A DNA stretch of 43,045 nucleotides, from the NCBI GenBank assembly GCA_001789445.1, contig MFZQ01000010.1, positions 1 through 43,045 on the forward strand. The letters are read 5' to 3'. How positions within the stretch are numbered: the first letter of the stretch is position 1; each line of letters starts with the position of its first letter. The notes under the pieces are model-generated. The model had not been told where the DNA came from and made no database searches. It was given only the letters and a program-made list of their open reading frames with translations. This document shows positions 35,478-43,045 of this stretch, one piece after another. The position numbers were made by a program, and so were the translations under genes. Source of the stretch: Candidatus Roizmanbacteria bacterium RIFCSPHIGHO2_02_FULL_40_13b (GTDB lineage: Bacteria > Patescibacteriota > Microgenomatia > UBA1406 > HO2-37-13b).

Positions 35478-36011
35478 TCACCATTTCATATAAGAGACAA
35501 ACTTACTCAAAGATCGTTTGTAGTACTTATCTTCGATTTTTTCAAAAGCCTCAGGAACAGAAAGCCACCGACAACTATGAAACTCACTCATGTTAATGGA
35601 CATTTTCTGTGGTGGTTGTTCAAGAACATAAAATGTATCGTAGTGTTCTCGACATAATTGAGGAGGATTATCAATATCGACTATTTGCATACTAAAAGGG
35701 CCAGCAAGATCCGAAGGTTTTACTTCAAGACCAAGCTCTTCCTTAATTTCTCGAGTTAGTGCCATTATTGGGAGTTCTCCAATATCGATATGTCCTCCAG
35801 GAAATAACCACATTTTTGCTTTTTTATGATCGACCGCAAAAACTTTTTTTGAATCGGGGTTATAAATAACGACCATTACACAACAATGACTGAGCGTATT
35901 CTCATCACGAGTTAATTTCCTCTGTTGAAGTCGCGAACTCCACCGATCATATTCAAAATCATCAATAATTGAAGGTGTTAGATGTTGAAGTAAGTAGTTT
36001 TGCAAATCCAT
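35478..36011 (-). CDS. NUDIX hydrolase
   Basis: WLFPGGHIDIGELPIMALTREIKEELGL Nudix box. Confidence 0.92.
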   Translation of the reverse strand: MDLQNYLLQHLTPSIIDDFEYDRWSSRLQQRKLTRDENTLSHCCVMVVIYNPDSKKVFAVDHKKAKMWLFPGGHIDIGELPIMALTREIKEELGLEVKPSDLAGPFSMQIVDIDNPPQLCREHYDTFYVLEQPPQKMSINMSEFHSCRWLSVPEAFEKIEDKYYKRSLSKFVSYMKW

Positions 36012-36018
36012 CAGATAA

Positions 36019-36420
36019 CTAGTCTATCAAATCTTTTTCTTTTAAGTGTGCGAGAATAATCTTATCAACCGGAGAAAGTATGCTGAGGTTAGTTGTTGAG
36101 TCATGCCATGCAATTTCTTCAACTTCCATTGACGGTACAAGGTCACCTTCATATTCTCCGGTGTAACAGGTCATTTGTACAAAAACTCCTTCTGGTTTCC
36201 CGTGGGCTTGCGCTTTGAATATCCCAAGATATTGGAGTGTATATGGAAGAAGATTTACAGAAAGTTCCTCTCTTATTTCCCGTATGAGTGTTTCTCGATC
36301 TGATTCTCCAGGTTCCCGCTTCCCACCCGGCAAATACCACACATCCTTCCCTTTCGAACGCGTCGAGAGAATTTTTCTATCTTTTAAATAAATCCACGCA
36401 ATTTTATCAATGAGATCCAT
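36019..36420 (-). CDS. NUDIX hydrolase
   Basis: YLPGGKREPGESDRETLIREIREELSV Nudix box. Confidence 0.93.
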   Translation of the reverse strand: MDLIDKIAWIYLKDRKILSTRSKGKDVWYLPGGKREPGESDRETLIREIREELSVNLLPYTLQYLGIFKAQAHGKPEGVFVQMTCYTGEYEGDLVPSMEVEEIAWHDSTTNLSILSPVDKIILAHLKEKDLID

Positions 36421-36456
36421 ACAAAAAAGATTATATCAGAAGAAGTTATGGTGATA

Positions 36457-36741
36457 TTACTTGAAATCTTGTTGTTCTTTTTTGATCTGTTCTGCCAGGA
36501 ATATTTTCATTAATGACTGATACGGCACGTCACGTGAATTTGCAATTTGCTTTATTCTCATGAGCATAAAACTGGGAAGTCGCAGAGAAATAGATTCTGT
36601 AGAGGGTTTTAGTCGAGAAAGATCAAGCTCGACAGGCTCAAGTTGATCTAAATAATCAGTCAGATCATGGGTATCCCAAAATTTTCTCTCTTCATCTTCA
36701 TTCTTAAAATGTGGAATTAATTTAGTTTGTTTATTTTTCAT
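36457..36741 (-). CDS. BrnA/CopG-like antitoxin
   Basis: PHFKNEDEERKFWDTHD and ISLRLP...ANSRDVPYQSLMK; overlaps the brnT stop. Confidence 0.9.
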   Translation of the reverse strand: MKNKQTKLIPHFKNEDEERKFWDTHDLTDYLDQLEPVELDLSRLKPSTESISLRLPSFMLMRIKQIANSRDVPYQSLMKIFLAEQIKKEQQDFK

Positions 36742-37018
36742 ACAACTCCTTTTCTTTTTTACTTTGTTTTCTAGCTGAAACTACTCTTATTCTAGAATTT
36801 CTCAAAGTAAATGTAATATATAAATATTTTCTGTGGTTAGTTATTCCAAGTAAATAATATCTTTTTTCAATTTGTGAATGTTTAATATCTTTATAAATCT
36901 TAATTGGTTTGTTAAAAAAGGCTTCTTCTGCTTCTTTATGGTAAATTTTGTGCTTATCAAGACTTTTATTAATATTACCATCATCCCATTCAAAAAATAA
37001 AGGGGATGGTAGATTCAT
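36731..37018 (-). CDS. brnT: BrnT-family ribonuclease toxin
   Basis: FEWDDGN...KH...EAEEAF, HS..EKRY..LG and FTLR...IRVVSAR. Confidence 0.92.
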   Translation of the reverse strand: MNLPSPLFFEWDDGNINKSLDKHKIYHKEAEEAFFNKPIKIYKDIKHSQIEKRYYLLGITNHRKYLYITFTLRNSRIRVVSARKQSKKEKELYEK

Positions 37019-37024
37019 GAATTA

Positions 37025-37054
37025 AGTATATTACAGTAATATACAATTTGTCAA
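37025..37054 (-). promoter_or_regulatory. brnTA promoter with perfect 19-bp palindromic operator
   Basis: TTGACA-18-TATACT, ATG 6 nt later; GTATATTAC-A-GTAATATAC at 37026-37044. Confidence 0.8.
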
Positions 37055-37680
37055 GGGGTTTTCTTTTTCCAATCTCCACTCGTGAACCGATTTCGGCTAT
37101 TTTTATGCCAATCGTGGGGATTTGATTTTTGTAGTGATTTCCACAAATTTTTAGCTGTTTGTGTAAATAAAAATTCCTTCGCAACACGTGTTCGAATTTC
37201 TTTCCAATTATCCGAAAAACGGAGTCCCTTAAATTCTTGCTCACGTATTTCAAAATCAATCGTCAAATTGTCCGCATCCTTAAGAATTTTTGACTCTATC
37301 GATTTCCGTTCTTCATATTCTGCAAAGAGAGCCAAAAATTCTTTTTCAATCGCAGTTCCGCCAAGCATATCGGCAATTCCTAACTTATCATTACGAATCA
37401 CATATTGACGAGACAGATAATCGACGTCGCCTACGCGGCTTTCAACGATGTCATGGGCAAGTGCCATCTTCATGAGTTTTTCTGTGTTTACGTTTTTTTC
37501 ATATTGGGCGATAAGGAGTGCGATCCATACGATTCGAAAGTGATGTTCAGCCAAGTTTTCAAAATCCGGATTTAAGAATCGTTTCCATGTGCGGGCAACA
37601 TAGCGTAGTGTGCCGATTTCATACAAAAACTCCAGATCCCGTTTGGCAAATCCCTTACTTGGACTTTTCCCCTTTTTCAT
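37051..37680 (-). CDS. HD-domain hydrolase (YfbR/HDDC2-like 5'-deoxynucleotidase family)
   Basis: ENLAEHHFR, MALAHDIVESRVGD and KDADNL; start MKKGK. Confidence 0.85.
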   Translation of the reverse strand: MKKGKSPSKGFAKRDLEFLYEIGTLRYVARTWKRFLNPDFENLAEHHFRIVWIALLIAQYEKNVNTEKLMKMALAHDIVESRVGDVDYLSRQYVIRNDKLGIADMLGGTAIEKEFLALFAEYEERKSIESKILKDADNLTIDFEIREQEFKGLRFSDNWKEIRTRVAKEFLFTQTAKNLWKSLQKSNPHDWHKNSRNRFTSGDWKKKTP

Positions 37681-37724
37681 AGGGAGTAGTATAGCACATA
37701 CTATTTTTGTGATAGAATACAAGT

Positions 37725-38642
37725 ATGAAAGTGATTTTTGCAGCGCCGAAAACTAACTTTCCACCACAACTCCTTGAAAAACTTGTCAGGTATGCAGAAT
37801 ATCAATTCTTTGAAGAAAATCCAATTGATATTCGAAATATTAAAGAACTCAAAGAGCCCGGTGATAAAATCCTTATTCCATTTCCAGAACCGATGGCGTG
37901 GAAATTTCCTAATGAATATATTAAAGAAATTCCTGACTTAAAAGCAATTTGTTTATCAACAACTGCTTTTAGTTGGGTTGATGGAGAACTTGCACGAAGC
38001 TTAAATATTCCATTAACCTATGTCCCTAACGTACCAAATGGAGTTGCAGAAGGAGCAATATTCGCAATGCTCGCACTTGCCAAAAGGTGGGCAACTAGTT
38101 TTAAAAATAAATCATTTGAATTCAAACCAAGTAATTTTCTCCTTGAAATTCAAGGTAAGACAATTGGAATAATCGGGCTTGGAAAAATTGGGTCGCGAAT
38201 TGCACAAATAGGAGAAGGAATGGGGGGGGAAATTGTCTATTGGTCAAAACATACTAGAAATAATAAGTATAAATATCTTGAACTTGAAGAACTTATGAAG
38301 ACAGCGGACTTTATTTTCCCAGCAGCTTCAGTTACTCCTGAAACAGAAAAATTTATTACAAAAGAACTGCTCGATATGATGAAACCAACAGCATCGCTCA
38401 TTGCAATTGTGAACACAAAGATTATTGATATTGAGTATGTTCTCGAAAAAGCTCAAAAAGGAGAAATATTTGGACTTGCAATTCAGTCAGGAACTACAAC
38501 GGTTGAAGATTATGAGGGAAATGTTTTTGTAACTCAAGAAAATAATTGGTATACCAAAGAAACTGTTGAAACAAAAATGACGACCCTCATCAACACAATC
38601 ATTTCTGTAATCGAAGACAAGCCAATCAATGTAGTGAACTGA
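37725..38642 (+). CDS. D-isomer-specific 2-hydroxyacid dehydrogenase-like NAD(P)-binding protein with degenerate active site
   Basis: VAE and GKTIGIIGLGKIGSRIA Rossmann motif, MKPTA; canonical Arg, Glu and His not evident. Confidence 0.75.
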   Translation: MKVIFAAPKTNFPPQLLEKLVRYAEYQFFEENPIDIRNIKELKEPGDKILIPFPEPMAWKFPNEYIKEIPDLKAICLSTTAFSWVDGELARSLNIPLTYVPNVPNGVAEGAIFAMLALAKRWATSFKNKSFEFKPSNFLLEIQGKTIGIIGLGKIGSRIAQIGEGMGGEIVYWSKHTRNNKYKYLELEELMKTADFIFPAASVTPETEKFITKELLDMMKPTASLIAIVNTKIIDIEYVLEKAQKGEIFGLAIQSGTTTVEDYEGNVFVTQENNWYTKETVETKMTTLINTIISVIEDKPINVVN

Positions 38643-38654
38643 TATACTATCCTT

Positions 38655-39278
38655 ATGTCACAAGTATTTATTTTTGGTGCAAGTATGGCATATGGAGTGG
38701 GAAGCACGGAGGGAAGTTTTGGCGATATGTTGAAGCGAAAACTTCATGAAGAGATGTATTCTGATGGAGGAGTTGGTGAAAAGCATGAGGTATACAATTT
38801 TACAAAACCCGGGGCAACAATCGAATTTGTACTTGATAATTATGAAAATCAAATTGAACAATATAGAAAATCAGGAAAATTAATCGCCATCGTCCACGTT
38901 GGTGGAAATAATGCGAAAGCAAAAGATGCGCCAGAAAATTGGGTTTCAACTGGGGAAGAGTTTAGAAGTCTTGCAAAAAAATTATTGAGCAGTTTAGCTG
39001 GAAAAATTGATAGTGTGATTTGGGTTGAGCTCGCGCCTGTTGACGAAAGTAAGACAACACCACGAGGAACATCGTATTTCTATAACCATCGATTTGTAGA
39101 GTTCAACAAAATATATGCTGAAGTCTGTGCACAAATGAATATTCCGTTTATTGAAACAGGGATTGGGCCGGACGAATGGAAAGAAAAATATTTGTATGAA
39201 GACGGACTGCACCCTAACACCGCCGGACAGAGATTGATTTTTGAGAAAGTGTGGGAAGAGGTTAAAAAACTAATCTAG
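38655..39278 (+). CDS. SGNH/GDSL hydrolase
   Basis: FGASMAYG (block I), G (block II), GGNN (block III), DGLHP (block V). Confidence 0.88.
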   Translation: MSQVFIFGASMAYGVGSTEGSFGDMLKRKLHEEMYSDGGVGEKHEVYNFTKPGATIEFVLDNYENQIEQYRKSGKLIAIVHVGGNNAKAKDAPENWVSTGEEFRSLAKKLLSSLAGKIDSVIWVELAPVDESKTTPRGTSYFYNHRFVEFNKIYAEVCAQMNIPFIETGIGPDEWKEKYLYEDGLHPNTAGQRLIFEKVWEEVKKLI

Positions 39279-39301
39279 TATTTTAGGTTTTCATAGCAAT
39301 C

Positions 39302-39324
39302 CTTTTAACTCCGGGGGTTAAAAG
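39302..39324. repeat. 23-bp palindrome, copy 2
   Basis: CTTTTAACTCCGGGGGTTAAAAG; contains the stop codon of the FtsK-gamma ORF. Confidence 0.7.
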
Positions 39325-39476
39325 TGGCGTTGCAACTCTTCAATCTGCCGCAAGATTCGTTCAGCTCGCGTAAATCCTATTTTGAATTTTCGAGCGATAA
39401 GTTGCGCTAGTGGAAAGTCGAATTTATTGAGATAGGCGAGAACCTCTGGAACAAGCGGGTCTTCGATGTTTTGCAT
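39318..39476 (-). CDS. Stand-alone FtsK gamma-domain-like mini-protein (52 aa)
   Basis: EDPL....L...IARKFKIGFTRAERILRQIE resembles FtsK-gamma (DPL...QRRFRIGYNRAARIIEQLE); TATAAT 7 nt before the ATG. Confidence 0.65.
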   Translation of the reverse strand: MQNIEDPLVPEVLAYLNKFDFPLAQLIARKFKIGFTRAERILRQIEELQRHF

Positions 39477-39606
39477 AGTGAGAATTATACTATAATCAAT
39501 AGCTTTTCTAACAACCCAAACCACCCCCGAGGTGAGAGATTAATTATTGGTGTATAATAAACCTTTATTAATCCTATAAGTTTTGTAACAAAACAGTACA
39601 TCAAAT

Positions 39607-40425
39607 ATGGCAGGAGCAGAAAAAGGTAGTTTATTAGATTCCTACGCAGTAGCAGATGTCGTCACCGATCCTCGTTGGGTTGTATTGCAACCAAAGCCGA
39701 AAGCACGAAATTTATCTCCCGAGTTTGCAGAGATTTTTAATAGAGAAAAATATCTGATAAAAGGACGAGTGAGGCTTGTAATTGATGGTCAAGTATATCC
39801 TATTCATTTTGAACGATTTGGATCAGATGCTCCAGGAGATGAATCTTCTCGAGTTTTTTTCACACCAGATGAAGGGTATAACGGACGCAGATCTGTAGTA
39901 ACAATTTCTCCAAATGACTTTACAATTGGTTTGTTCGCGGATGGCCATAAAGCAGATTTTGCAAAAGAACCTTTTCCTGTTTGTGATGATGGACATAATC
40001 GAGTAGTAAGACCCACTGGTTCTATATTTTTAGCCAATCGTGACGATTTACGTAGAGGGGTTCAAGGTGGAACAATTAGAACAAGAGTGAGAGAATTAAG
40101 AATATCTGTGACAAATCCAAATTTATTTGATGCTCCCATATTTAGAAGGCAAATAACTCGCCCATTTATGTATGATCATAGAGGATTAAAACAAGTTGTA
40201 TCAGGGGCTATGGACGGATCAAGTTCTATAAGAGATACTGATAGTTTGACAGAAGGAACCGTCGCCGCAGTAATGGCACAGCTGGACCCCCGTATTGATT
40301 ACGATTCTGACTATGAATGGTATACCGGCGGACCAGAATTAAAAATTACATACCCGCCAGCAGTCGAAATTGCCCAAATGATGGTTTTTTCATGGAAACT
40401 TAATGGTCAAGAATCGAGAGATTGA
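39607..40425 (+). CDS. Hypothetical cytoplasmic protein (272 aa)
   Basis: Long ORF with upstream TG-TATAAT; no recognisable motif. Confidence 0.65.
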   Translation: MAGAEKGSLLDSYAVADVVTDPRWVVLQPKPKARNLSPEFAEIFNREKYLIKGRVRLVIDGQVYPIHFERFGSDAPGDESSRVFFTPDEGYNGRRSVVTISPNDFTIGLFADGHKADFAKEPFPVCDDGHNRVVRPTGSIFLANRDDLRRGVQGGTIRTRVRELRISVTNPNLFDAPIFRRQITRPFMYDHRGLKQVVSGAMDGSSSIRDTDSLTEGTVAAVMAQLDPRIDYDSDYEWYTGGPELKITYPPAVEIAQMMVFSWKLNGQESRD

Positions 40426-40433
40426 TAATTGGG

Positions 40434-40504
40434 CTCGGGGACAAGGATTTGAACCTCGATTAACGGATTCAGAGTCCGTTGTCCTACCATTAGACGATCC
40501 CCGA
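40434..40504 (-). tRNA. tRNA-Gln(CTG)
   Basis: TCGGGGA acceptor stem, D-arm GTCTAATGGTAGGAC, anticodon arm ACGGA-CTCTGAA-TCCGT, T-loop GTTCAAATC; discriminator G is followed by CCCA, so CCA is not exactly encoded. Confidence 0.95.
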
Positions 40505-40539
40505 AGTATATGCATATTGTATCATCTTATGGCTGTTGG

Positions 40540-40627
40540 GAGATCCCGAAATAAGTTCGGGATGACAGATAAACATATTAGGATTCTATCGCTTCGCTCC
40601 AGAATGACAGGTGGGATCAGGATGACA
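40540..40627. repeat. Three tandem reverse-oriented YGTC-REP copies (the last is partial and overlaps the tkt stop)
   Basis: GAGATCCCGAAATAAGTTCGGGATGACA (40540-40567); GGATTCTATCGCTTCGCTCCAGAATGACA (40581-40609); TCAGGATGACA (40617-40627). Confidence 0.85.
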
Positions 40628-42491
40628 ATTGAAGTATCTCTTTCACCTTACTCACTATAGCCTCTGCATCGATTTCTTCATATTTAAGAAGTGCTTCCGG
40701 ACTCCCACTTCTGGGCATTTTGTTGACGAAAAGAGAATGGATGGGAATATTACTTCCCGAAAGCGCCGATGCCACCGCTTCCCCAACACCTCCTTCTTTA
40801 TAATGATCTTCAACGGTGAGGATTGCTTTTGTCTCCTTTGCCGCTTTTTCAAGTGTAGAAATATCGAGTGGTTTTATGCTGTACAGATCGATGACTCGCA
40901 CTTTTACTTTCTCGAGTGTAAGCAGTGTTGCGGCTTTCAGCGCTTGGTGAAGGGTAATTCCACACGCGATGATGGTCACTTCATCCTTGGTACTTGAAAG
41001 CAACGTTTTGGAGCCTCCAATTTCAAACTTCTCATCAGAATCATAAAGAACCGGAGTTTGGGCCCGAGTTAACCTGATATATGCAATTCCGGTCTGCCGC
41101 GCCATCGCCTCCACAAGTTTATCAGTCGAGACCGCGTCTGACGGATACAAAACTACGCTATCAATCATCGATCGGAAAAGCGAGATATCCTCCAGTCCCA
41201 TTTGTGACGCCCCGTCTTGACCCATTGAGACTCCGGCATGAGATCCGGCAAATTTAATGTTTGCATTTGAATATTGACTCATACGGATTTGATCGTGCGC
41301 CCGAGATAAAAACGAGGCAAATGTTGAAACAAACGGCATTTTTCCCATCGCGCTCATGCCTGTGGCCACCCCAACCATATTTTGTTCGGCAATAAACATC
41401 TCAAAAAATCGTTCTGGATACTTGTGTGCGAAAACCTCTGCGAATGTGGAGTTATCGAGCCCGGCGTCCATAACGACAAGATTTGGATATTTTTTCTCAA
41501 TTCGAGTGATTGCATACCCATACGCCTGGCGCGTGGCAATCATGTCCCCTTTCTGAAATGAGGGAATTTTTATTTGATCTTCTTCTGTAGCTATTTTTCT
41601 AAAAAGAGTTGGGTGTGGATGTTGTTTTCCTTCCGGCTTGGGAAGCGATTTGCGAAAGCCCAGATCAACTTTCCCAAGCTCTGCAAGCGCTTGGGCAAGC
41701 TCTGGTTTCGAAAGCGCTTTTCCATGCCATCCTTCTTTATTTGCTAAAAATGAGATTCCCTGACCCTTCACCGTTCGTGCAAGTATCGCAACCGGCTTTT
41801 TTTTCATCCCGCGTCTTTTTTTGTATGCATGGAGAACAGATAAAATATCGTGCCCATCATGAACGATAATCGTGTCCCATCCAAAAGATCGAAATTTATC
41901 AGAATAACCCCTCAGATCCCATCCAAACATCGTCGGCCCTGTTTGTTCCAGCCGACTTACATCAATAATTGCGGTAAGGTTTCCCAGTTTGTAGTACGCG
42001 GCCAACTGCGCAGCTTCCCAATTTGAACCTTCGGCCATCTCGCCGTCACCCAAAAGAACATATGTTTGAGCATCCGTGCCATCCAGATATTTTGCGACCA
42101 TCGCCATTCCGACCCCATTTGACAGTCCAATTCCAAGGGAGCCGGTAGCAACATCCGTATACGGAAAAGTGAGTGTGGGATGACCTTCAACACGACTTCC
42201 GAAAGCGCGCAACGTGTGCATTTCTGGAAGTGGAAAAACACCCGCACCAACCCACAATGAGTAAAAGAGCGGAGCCGCGTGACCTTTTGAAAAAATAAGA
42301 CGATCATTATAAATTGATTTTGGGTCGCGTGTGTCGTACGTAAAGTTTCCACCGAAAAAAAGCGCAGTCATGAGTTCGACAGCAGAAAGACACGATGTGG
42401 GGTGTCCTGATCCCGCATTAGATGTTGAGGTGAGAACCAAATATCGCATAAGCACGCCCATCTTTTCGATTTCATTAATTTCATTTCTCAT
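40617..42491 (-). CDS. tkt: Transketolase (single-chain, ~620-aa type)
   Basis: SGHPTSCLS, SKGHAAP, GHP, TGSLG, GDGEMAEGS (TPP motif), IAEQNMV, DGASQM and EDH; probable start MRNEI. Confidence 0.95.
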   Translation of the reverse strand: MRNEINEIEKMGVLMRYLVLTSTSNAGSGHPTSCLSAVELMTALFFGGNFTYDTRDPKSIYNDRLIFSKGHAAPLFYSLWVGAGVFPLPEMHTLRAFGSRVEGHPTLTFPYTDVATGSLGIGLSNGVGMAMVAKYLDGTDAQTYVLLGDGEMAEGSNWEAAQLAAYYKLGNLTAIIDVSRLEQTGPTMFGWDLRGYSDKFRSFGWDTIIVHDGHDILSVLHAYKKRRGMKKKPVAILARTVKGQGISFLANKEGWHGKALSKPELAQALAELGKVDLGFRKSLPKPEGKQHPHPTLFRKIATEEDQIKIPSFQKGDMIATRQAYGYAITRIEKKYPNLVVMDAGLDNSTFAEVFAHKYPERFFEMFIAEQNMVGVATGMSAMGKMPFVSTFASFLSRAHDQIRMSQYSNANIKFAGSHAGVSMGQDGASQMGLEDISLFRSMIDSVVLYPSDAVSTDKLVEAMARQTGIAYIRLTRAQTPVLYDSDEKFEIGGSKTLLSSTKDEVTIIACGITLHQALKAATLLTLEKVKVRVIDLYSIKPLDISTLEKAAKETKAILTVEDHYKEGGVGEAVASALSGSNIPIHSLFVNKMPRSGSPEALLKYEEIDAEAIVSKVKEILQLSS

Positions 42492-42492
42492 A

Positions 42493-43045
42493 TTAGAATG
42501 CGACAACTGCAGTTTGACAATTTCCTACCCAGCCCATCCCAATTTGGTGTATTCCTGGATTCATAATGATGTCGTGATGTGCACTGCTTCCCATCCATCC
42601 ACCAAATACTGCTTCCGGCGAACCATACCCCATTCCTAAAACTTCCCCATATGGATTTCCTGAAAATCCAGCATCTCGTGCCCGACTAGAAAAATCAGAT
42701 CCATCAGTTCCTGTATGATTAAGCTGATTATGATCGCATACATCCTTCGAGTGTCTTCGTGAAGCTGTGGTGAGTGCGTCGTTTGTTGAAAGCTGGGAAA
42801 GTCCCTGCCGTTGCCGCTCACTATTAATAAGCGTGATCGTTTGCGATTCAGGGGAAGAAGATGAAGGAGCTGCCTGCCCGCCATTACCTTCGGCTTCAGC
42901 CGTTGGCAGGCGGGGAGTACTCGAGGGCTCGAGCCGAGGCGAAGGAGAAGGAGTTGACGTTGGTATTGGAATTGTAGGGGCGGGGTCTTCCCGCCCTTTA
43001 GTAGGGTCGGGAAACCCGACCCCTACATCGGTTTTTGTACCCATA
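42493..43045 (-). CDS. CAP/SCP-domain protein with repeat-derived Pro-rich linker (5' end probably outside the window)
   Basis: LINSERQRQGL, HSKD, H, GE and WMGSSAHHDIIM CAP motifs. Confidence 0.85.
   Translation of the reverse strand, partial: MGTKTDVGVGFPDPTKGREDPAPTIPIPTSTPSPSPRLEPSSTPRLPTAEAEGNGGQAAPSSSSPESQTITLINSERQRQGLSQLSTNDALTTASRRHSKDVCDHNQLNHTGTDGSDFSSRARDAGFSGNPYGEVLGMGYGSPEAVFGGWMGSSAHHDIIMNPGIHQIGMGWVGNCQTAVVAF
42973..43027. repeat. GTAG-tagged REP doublet in frame within the CAP gene
   Basis: TGTAGGGGCGGGGTCTTCCCGCCC-tttagta-GGGTCGGGAAACCCGACCCCTACA, translated as VGVGFPDPTKGREDPAPT. Confidence 0.85.

Noticed and set aside
34853-40504. Prophage or integrative island at tRNA-Gln
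   Set aside because: No integrase, phage genes or duplicated tRNA 3' end were found by eye
40403-40660. 85-aa ORF
   Set aside because: It is the antisense translation of tRNA-Gln plus REP copies
1-43045. Alternative genetic code (TGA reassignment)
   Set aside because: Conserved genes such as ychF and uppS end at TGA at expected lengths, and none is interrupted by in-frame TGA

Overview
AT-rich bacterial chromosomal window in genetic code 11. Gene content points to a Patescibacteria/CPR genome, probably Microgenomates (Roizmanbacteria-like); this is inferred from several VirB2-type pilins, a VirB6-like protein, a short ValRS, an archaeal-type ATP-dependent ligase, DUF2298 and an ApbE/FMN-bind/RnfD-like module. 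Housekeeping genes: valS, rpmH (missed by the ORF track), yidC, jag, uppS, a polyprenyl synthase, obgE, ychF, tkt and tRNA-Gln(CTG). Accessory genes include glycosyltransferases, NUDIX/HD/Ham1 hydrolases, a Fic protein, an ECF sigma operon and BrnT/BrnA. The strongest unexplained signal is a set of small palindromic elements. A 96-aa GIY-YIG nuclease gene is tightly bracketed by perfect 26-bp inverted copies of a TGTC/CGTC-tagged REP-like palindrome. About a dozen more copies of that family lie elsewhere in the window, including an exact 72-bp in-frame insertion in valS, and two copies carry smaller palindromes nested inside them. This resembles a RAYT/REPIN-type system run by a GIY-YIG nuclease (inference). 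Other signals: two 80-nt hairpins with conserved ends, a candidate ~85-nt sRNA converging on an unannotated 50-aa protein, a stand-alone FtsK-gamma mini-protein, and a -10 box 6-9 nt before the ATG in about 20 genes (pervasive leaderless transcription). All functional calls come from reading motifs by eye; no searches were run.
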